DNA of 64,000 nt, from the NCBI GenBank assembly GCA_951406725.2, contig OX597826.1, positions 7,998,001 through 8,062,000 on the forward strand. The letters run 5' to 3'. The notes beneath the pieces were generated by a model. It ran no database searches and was not told where the DNA came from. It saw only the letters and a program-made list of their open reading frames with translations. Positions within the stretch are counted from its first letter, which is position 1. The number at the start of each line of letters is the position of its first letter. Positions 56,321 to 64,000 of this stretch are shown here, piece after piece. Origin of the DNA: Octopus vulgaris. Its lineage: Eukaryota. A program made the translations under genes and the position numbers.

Positions 56321-56448
56321 GTACACCAACATCTGTTGTCAAGCAGTGGTGCGGAGGGGAGGGACACAGACGCAATGACACACACAAGGATATATTCGAC
56401 GGACTACTTCCACTTTCCGTCTGCTAAATCTACTCATGACCAAAAGTA

Positions 56449-57007
56449 TTGCGTTGTCCGGAAAGTTCGGCCGATTTATTGTAGCTTATCTTTCGACTTA
56501 TTTTAGAACATGGTTGAGTCCATAAAATAAGATTTTACTACACCTCCATTTAGAGCACAGTTTAAGCTATCTTTTCGTGGAAGAAGGTTTATGTTCCTAT
56601 GACCTGTGTTAATTCTGTAACCCTTTAAAATGAAAGATAAGAAAGTTCATTTCCGGCACTTAATGCTTTGGAACCAGACAAAAATTGCTGCAGTTCGGCT
56701 GGGATGTGTTACCCAACCCTCCATATACAGCAGATATTGCTCCTTGGATTTCCACTTATTCAGGTCTCTGCAGAATAGTCTTAATGGTAAAAATTCTTTA
56801 GATGACGTAAAAAGGTACCCTGATGAATTCTTTGCCATGAAACCACATGAATTCTGGGAAGAGGGTATTTTCGAGTTAAAGGAAAGATGGAAACGCATTG
56901 TGCAACAAAAGGATTCATATTTGGTTGATTAAAAATATATGATGGCAAGTATTTATTGACCTTTTTCTTTCCTTTAAAAATCAGCACGAACTTTCCGGAT
57001 GACCCAA
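56449..57007 (+). mobile_element. Internally deleted mariner transposon inserted in a SINE A copy
   Basis: TIRs TTGCGTTGTCCGGAAAGTTCG / CGAACTTTCCGGATGACCCAA, TA TSD; N-terminal MKDKKVHFRH joined to WDVLPNPPYTADIAP..DFHLFRSLQNSL..ERWKRIV. Confidence 0.92.
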
Positions 57008-57481
57008 TAGAAGATACTTGCCCAATGTGCTTGGGAAGTGAGCTTGTTATTGCAGAGTCATGCATTTCTTTATGAAAGACATTGATTGCTCTTGATTTTT
57101 GCTTTTACACGTGATCACATATACAAGCACCAACAAATACATACGAGCGTGCGATCTCCTACATATAGGCGTGTCTGTGTGACAACGGAAGTATGGCTAT
57201 GCGGTTAAAAATTTTGCGCAACTCGTTCCTTGTCCCAGGTTAAAACCTACTTTGCCACACTCTGCATAAATCTCTGATGAGTGAGTGTATGTATGTACGT
57301 ATGTATGTATATAGTGGTTTGCGTATGAGAACATTTTATATAGCGCTGGAGGTACGACTTTGACAGACTGTTGTGTTGCAAAATAAAGATAGCCAAGCCA
57401 TGAAATTTAAACAAAAATACAAATATACACATATGTATATATGTGTTTATGTGTGTGTGATTATATATATATATATGTATG

Positions 57482-57537
<56 letters not shown>

Positions 57538-57563
57538 ATTATATATATATATATATATGTATG

Positions 57564-57619
<56 letters not shown>

Positions 57620-57624
<5 letters not shown>

Positions 57625-57908
57625 GAATGGAGTCAAACGACGATTTAACAAAATTCCTTTATTCTCGACATATGTTTCGAAGACTGATTATTCTGATATA
57701 AAGGGTGCATTATAACTATGGACTCCGTGTGGGCAGTCATCTAAAAGTTTTTGTTCGTCAGGATGCTGACATAAGTTCCTTGTTTTTCCTGATGAGAAGG
57801 CGGCATAATGCACCCTTTATTCCTTCGGAATTGAGAATATGCAGTCTTCGAAACATTTGTCGAGAATAAAGGAATTTTGTTAAATCGTCGTTCGACTCCA
57901 TTCTTTCA
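57620..57908 (+). mobile_element. Penelope pLTR-like fold-back fragment in (TA)n
   Basis: Inverted arms 57620-57714 and 57805-57908; hammerhead followed by AATAAA. Confidence 0.75.
57784..57866 (+). ncRNA. Type I hammerhead ribozyme motif, canonical core
   Basis: TTTTC-CTGATGA-GAAGGC...GTCTTC-GAA-ACATTTGT-C-GAGAA; GUC triplet, predicted cleavage after 57861. Confidence 0.82.
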
Positions 57909-58095
57909 TTTATTTATAGTAAAAAAAACACACAAATTTCCACACGAAAGCACGTGATTTCTGCCCTTGGCATGTAGCTCCAACCGTGATTTCTGACGTA
58001 AATTTGCTACCCGGGTATCGGTTAACCGAATAATCCATACTAGGATAATTCATTCAACTACTATATATATATATATAATAAATCTCTGAGCGAGG

Positions 58096-58145
<50 letters not shown>

Positions 58146-58315
58146 GTGAAATAGGAAGATGAATAATCTTGTAGTAGATTAATCAAAAGTTTAACCGATA
58201 CCTTAGTAGCAAAAATCACAGCAGTAAAACAGTTTCGCCATGGGCTCTTAGGAGCATAGTTCGATTTGTTTTTGCTCCGCCTCTGTTCTGTCTTTGTTTT
58301 TCAACGGATTTCCTA

Positions 58316-58405
58316 TTTTCTTCCTGAAGAGAAAGACACAATATGGTCCCATTATTCCATCGGATTTTGGTAATTTGTGCCTTTCGAAACACGTGTAGAA
58401 TGAAA
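58316..58405 (+). ncRNA. Type I hammerhead ribozyme motif, canonical core
   Basis: TTC-CTGAAGA-GAAAGACACAA...TTGTGCCTTTC-GAA-ACACGTGT-A-GAA, then AATAAA; lies in a 58141-58463 insert between (TA)n tracts. Confidence 0.82.
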
Positions 58406-58462
58406 TAAAACGATTTCTGTTCAATCTGCGTTCAGCTCCATTTCTTCAATTCACCAATAATG

Positions 58463-58527
<65 letters not shown>

Positions 58528-58540
58528 TATATGTATATAT

Positions 58541-58967
58541 TCTTTTCTTTTGTTTCAATCATTTGACTGCTGCCATGAGGGACCACCGCCTTTAGTCGCA
58601 CAAATCGACTGCAGGACGTATTCGTTGTAAACATAGTACTTATTCAATCGGTATCCTTAGACAAACCGCTAAGTTACGTGAACGTAAACACATCAACATC
58701 GACTGTCAACTGATGGTGGCAGGAAAAGGCAGATACACAAAAATATATATATACACATATATATACATATATATATACATATATATATACACATATATAT
58801 ACATATATATATAAGACATGCTTCTTTCTACCAAATTCCCTCACAAGGCTTTGGTAAGCCCGATGCTATAGTTGAAGACACTTTCCCAAAGTGCCACGCA
58901 GTGGGACTAAGCCGGGACTATGTGGTCGGTAACCAAGCTACTTACCACAGTGCCACGCCTGCGCCTA
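58541..58967 (-). mobile_element. SINE family A, full length
   Basis: Head GGCGCAGGCGTGGCACTGTGGTAAG through tail ATTGAAACAAAAG. Confidence 0.88.
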
Positions 58968-59035
58968 TATTTATGCATGTGTATATATGCAGGAAGAAGT
59001 GGAAACAAAACAGATAAATAGATAGATAGATAAAT

Positions 59036-59242
59036 AGGCGGGTCAGGTACTCCTCGTCGACGTCCAGGTTCGCCCCGAGCTCGTCGTCGTACCTCCCCTC
59101 CACTAATCCCCTATAGAATGCTTTGGTTGTGATGAAGTCACTCAAGGTCGACCCGGGACGGCAGAGTTGCTTGAGAGCAACGCGACACTCGCGGTGCCAA
59201 TCGCCCTTCCTCGGCCTCTTTTTGATCCACGACTGCAGTTCG

Positions 59243-59244
<2 letters not shown>
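59036..59244 (-). mobile_element. Tx1-clade LINE internal fragment (copy 1)
   Basis: Near-identical to 60523-60682 and extends further 5'; GATA repeats on both sides. Confidence 0.85.
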
Positions 59245-59274
<30 letters not shown>

Positions 59275-59291
59275 TGATAGATAGATAGATT

Positions 59292-59342
<51 letters not shown>

Positions 59343-59375
59343 TGATTGATAGATTGATAGATAGATAGATAGATT

Positions 59376-59434
<59 letters not shown>

Positions 59435-59439
59435 TGATT

Positions 59440-59482
<43 letters not shown>

Positions 59483-59515
59483 TGATTGATAGATTGATAG
59501 ATAGATAGATAGATT

Positions 59516-59583
<68 letters not shown>

Positions 59584-59588
59584 TAGAT
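59245..59588. repeat. (GATA)n array with GATT variants
   Basis: Direct reading. Confidence 0.97.
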
Positions 59589-60682
59589 ATGTTTCTTTAT
59601 TAGCCACACAGGGCTGCACACAGATAGAACAAATTACAAGGTAGAGCTTTTCTTTTGAAGGTTTAAGAAAAAAAAAAAATGAAAAAAAAAAAAAAAAAGG
59701 AAGGGGAGTTTCGATCAAAAGGGATCGTAAAAGGAGAGAAAGAGGACAAAAAAAGGGGGGTTTAAAAAAAGGGGGGGAGGAAAAAAAATTGATCAATAGG
59801 GATCGTTATCACAGAAATGTCAATATGAAGTGTAAAGGGGAGGACAGGTGAGGTTTACCCGTGCAAAGAAAAGCCTACGGAAAAGACCACGGTAACCTCG
59901 GTCAATGAAGTCACATTGTATATTTTTTTTTTTTTTTTGCAAAGAAGCAACTCTCTGTATTCGATTTTTGGGTTCATAGAATCATAGTCAAGGTGGCTTC
60001 GTCATTCATACGTGCCATCCTTGCTACATTCACCCATCTTTTTTTAAAACATTCACTAGACAAAACTTGCCTCTCTACTCTCACTTTCCTTTTCAAGTGG
60101 TACTTGAAGAAGTTGATGAGAGATTGACCAGAGAGGAAAGTGTTTGTCTCAATCCTTTCAGGCGCGTCCACCAGATACATTCTTTCGCCATAGCCACAAG
60201 TATGATAAAAATAGCTCTTCCTTCCCGTTTGAAGGAAGGAGGCGTGACAATATTAACGATAGACTCGGCTGATAAACCGACACGTCCCACACGTGACAGC
60301 AGTCGTTCGACATAAGCCCACAGGTCGGAAATTGCTGGACACTGCACGATTGCGTGCAGAGCGGTTTCGTCGCTCTGACCGCATCTCGGGCAGGTCGGCC
60401 CCGTGTTTCTCGAGCCGTGCCTATAGAGCTTATCCCGAACGGGTAGCGCTTCTCGGTAGCACCGCCAGGCCAGGGATCTCTGGAAGTTGTCCATAGGTCC
60501 CGGGCCGAAAGTCGTCCTGAACAGGCGGGTCAGGTACTCCTCGTCGACGTCCAGGTTCGCCCCGAGCTCGTCGTCGTACCTCCCCTCCACTAAACCCCTA
60601 TAGAATGCTTTGGTTGTGTTGAAGTCACTTAAGGTCGACCCAGGACGGCAGAGTTGCTTGAGAGCAACGCGACACTCGCGGT
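59589..60682 (-). mobile_element. Tx1-clade LINE, 5'-truncated copy 2 (ORF2 C-terminus + 3' UTR)
   Basis: AWRCYREALPV..CPRCGQSDETALHAIVQCP (zf-RVT CCHC), AKECIWWTR; frameshift near 60150; stop at 59974; ends AATAAAGAAACAT. Confidence 0.9.
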
Positions 60683-60690
60683 AGATAGAT

Positions 60691-61493
60691 ATGTTTCTTT
60701 ATTAGCCACACAGGGCTGCACACAGATAGAACAAATTACAAGGTAGAGCTTTTCTTTTGAAGGTTTAAAAAAAAAAAAAGGAAGGGGGAGTTTCGATCAA
60801 AGGGATCGTAAAAGGAGAGAAAGAGGACAAAAAAAGGGGGTTAAAAAAAAGGGGGAGAGGAAAAAAAAATTTGATCAATAGGGATCGTTATCACAGAAAT
60901 GTCAATATGAAGTGTAAAGGGGAGGACAGGTGAGGTTTACCCGTGGAAGAAAAGCCTACGGAAAAGACCACGGTAACCTCCGGTCAATGGAGTCACATGT
61001 TATATTTCTTCTTTTTTTTTTTTTTTGCAAATAAGCAACTCTCTGTTTTCAATTTCTGGGTTCATAGGATTATGCCCAAGGTGGCTTCGTCATTCATACG
61101 TGCCATTCTTGCTACATTCACCCATCTTTTTTTAAGTCGCCAGCTTCCGCAGTAGTGGCTCAAGAGTCAATACTTAGAAGCGCCGAGAGGGGGCATCTGA
61201 CGGACCGAACTGCAATGTCGAAAGGTCTCGATAGATGTCCATTTTTACCGAACGGATGCCTCTGTACAATAGCTATCCAGCCGCGGAAGACGGGACCGAA
61301 ACCAGCCGCTCTCAGACTGAAATATCGATGGTCTACCCATCAAAGGCTTTCGATTGATCCAAGTTGATCAGGGCCCCACCCATGCCAGGTTCGTTAATAC
61401 CCTGTCTATGATGTAGCGCATCAGATGGAGGTTGTCATGGATGCTCCGGCCCGGCACGGCGCACGTTTGTGCGTTGTCGACCAGTTTCTCGAT
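60691..61493 (-). mobile_element. Tx1-clade LINE copy 3 (RT fragment fused to the 3' end by internal deletion near 61135)
   Basis: [40 protein letters not shown] motifs in broken frames; 3' UTR duplicates 59589-60045. Confidence 0.88.
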
Positions 61494-61561
<68 letters not shown>

Positions 61562-61608
61562 CAAACACAGACAGAAATATATTCACACACACATATATAT
61601 ATGTAGAG

Positions 61609-61665
<57 letters not shown>

Positions 61666-61918
61666 CATATATATATAAACACACACACATATATAAAAAA
61701 TCTTGCACAACAAATATTTAAACGTATATATATATATATATACATATAAGTATGTATATATGTATGTACCTATGTATGCATACATGCATGTACGTACGAA
61801 ACACTATGCTTTAAATAGGATGCCTGTATGTTATAACAAAGCCTATACATGTTTCTGAGCAGCTAAATACAATATTCAACGAGCGTCATCGCCAACTGCC
61901 CCCTGATTGTTGCCCCTA

Positions 61919-61955
<37 letters not shown>

Positions 61956-62562
61956 AGGGAGCATAAACCGGATATATTCCTTTGTGATAGAAAAAATATA
62001 TCCCCACAACGTTGATGTCTTTGAATGTGCCTGCTTATATCCTTCGTTGTAGGAGAATAGAATAAATGGAATACTAGAATAATAGAATAATAGAATAATA
62101 GAATAATAGAATAACCTAGTAAACAAAATATAAGAAAATACTCTTACTGTAAAACACACTAGAATAGAACATGTCAACATATGTACGATATATGTGTGTA
62201 TGTGAGAGAGAGAGAGAGAGAGAGAGAATGTGTGTATGTGTGTGTGTGTGAGTGTGTGTATGCACATGTATGTATGTATGCACATATATATATATATATA
62301 TGTACATACATACACACACTTATACCTACATATATACATATATGAATATGTATATTTATGTAATATAAATGTATATATATGTGTATATAAATGTATTTAT
62401 ATATGTGTAAGCGTATTTGCGTGTGTGCTTGTATTACATGTATACGTATATATGCACATATATTCATACATACTAACTCACACACACACACATATATATA
62501 TAGGTATATATACATATAGATAGATATACATATACATATTCTATTATTCTATTATATACAAA

Positions 62563-62606
<44 letters not shown>

Positions 62607-62607
<1 letters not shown>

Positions 62608-62735
62608 TCTTACTTGTTTCAGTCATTTGAATGCGGCCATGCTGGAGCACCGCCTTTAGTCGGGCAAATCGACCCCGGGACTTATTCTTTGTAAGCCCAG
62701 TACTTATTCTACCGGTCTCTTTTGCTGAACCGCTA
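62607..62735 (-). mobile_element. SINE family A, 3' fragment
   Basis: TTACTTGTTTCAGTCATTTGAATGCGGCCATGCTGGAGCACCGCC. Confidence 0.85.
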
Positions 62736-62899
62736 TAAAACAAATATTCATTTGTTGATACGATATCGACGGAAAGAGGGAGAGAGCAGTGAGAGAGTCA
62801 GAAACATACATACATATATATGTGCAGACAGGCAGACAAACTGACAGAAAGACCAACCGATTGACACACAGACATATAGATAGATAAACACATAGACAA

Positions 62900-63060
<161 letters not shown>

Positions 63061-63510
63061 AGATTAAGGATTAAGGGTTATGGAGAAGGTACGTAGAGTG
63101 ATCGAATAATAACAGACGAACAACAGCAATGACAACAGCAGCGCCGTTCGGCCACCACCAACAGCAGCAATAATAACTATTGCATCAAACATTTCGAACC
63201 AAAACAGACGCCATTAATATCCATTGTACAACGGCCGCCATTATAATCAGCAAACAATCGACACACGGCACAAAGCTCGATTCTTTAACTCTTTGAGAAG
63301 ATAGCATCGCGGATGAGAGTCACCAACACCGTCACTATCATCAATAGTTTTCCTATTAAATATCATCATTATCGTTATCGGCGTCGTCATACTTGTCATC
63401 CACCAGATTCTCATCAGCAGCAGTAATATTATTAAAATCATTAAATCGTCATCATCATCATCACCACATTTACCCTCCTCTTCGTTATCATCCTACTTGT
63501 CATCATCGTC

Positions 63511-63560
<50 letters not shown>

Positions 63561-63603
63561 TACTACTACTACTACTACTACTACTAGTAGTAGTAGTAGT
63601 ATC

Positions 63604-63947
63604 TTCAGTTCCACTGCATGGCACCTTCGGGATGTGTCTTCTACTATAGCCTCAGTAGATGGAAACTGAAAGAAGCCCGTCATATATGTATGTGTGTGTG
63701 TTCGTGTGCATGTGCGTGTGTGTGTGTGTGTGTGTTTGTGTGTCTGTGTTTGTCCCCCACCCTCCATCGTTTGACAACTGATGTCGGTGTGTTTAGGTCC
63801 TTGTAACTTAACGGTTCGGCAAAAGAGACCAATAGAATAAGCACTAGGCTTACAGAGAAAAAGTCCTGGGGCCGATTTGCTTGATTAAAGGCGGTGCTGC
63901 AGCATGGCCGCAGTCAAATGACTGAAACAAACAAAAGAACAAAAGAA
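63604..63947 (+). mobile_element. SINE family A, 5'-truncated
   Basis: Ends GGCGGTGCTGCAGCATGGCCGCAGTCAAATGACTGAAACAAACAAAAG. Confidence 0.88.
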
Positions 63948-64000
63948 TTATTATTATACGTTTGACTTTTACTTAGTATTTGTACAAGTTGGTTCCAAGT

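Overview
AT-rich animal genomic DNA with an extreme density of microsatellites ((TA)n, (CA)n, (TACA)n, (GATA)n, (AAT)n, (AGT)n). The repeat landscape suggests an octopus/cephalopod genome; this is an inference. No host protein-coding gene can be supported, and almost all ORFs in the track are microsatellite translations. Mobile content: (1) a nearly full-length, decayed CR1/L2-group LINE (8.7-12.7 kb, minus) whose ORF1 carries a Myb/SANT-trihelix-like domain and a CCCH finger; (2) three tandem Tx1-clade LINE pieces whose outer ends abut (GATA)n; (3) an R4/Dong-like RLE LINE 3' end flanked by TATG repeats; (4) a Penelope RT fragment; (5) a deleted mariner and several MITEs, including a GGATC-ended, 8-bp-TSD family carrying TTAGGG repeats; (6) many tRNA-derived SINEs, two with 3' tails matching LINEs in this window. 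The most striking unannotated signal is a set of short, often fold-back elements that each contain a type I hammerhead ribozyme motif. Three have a canonical core, several are minimal variants with apparent covariation at the 3-8 pair, and one is fused behind a tRNA-derived Pol III head with a 12-bp TSD.
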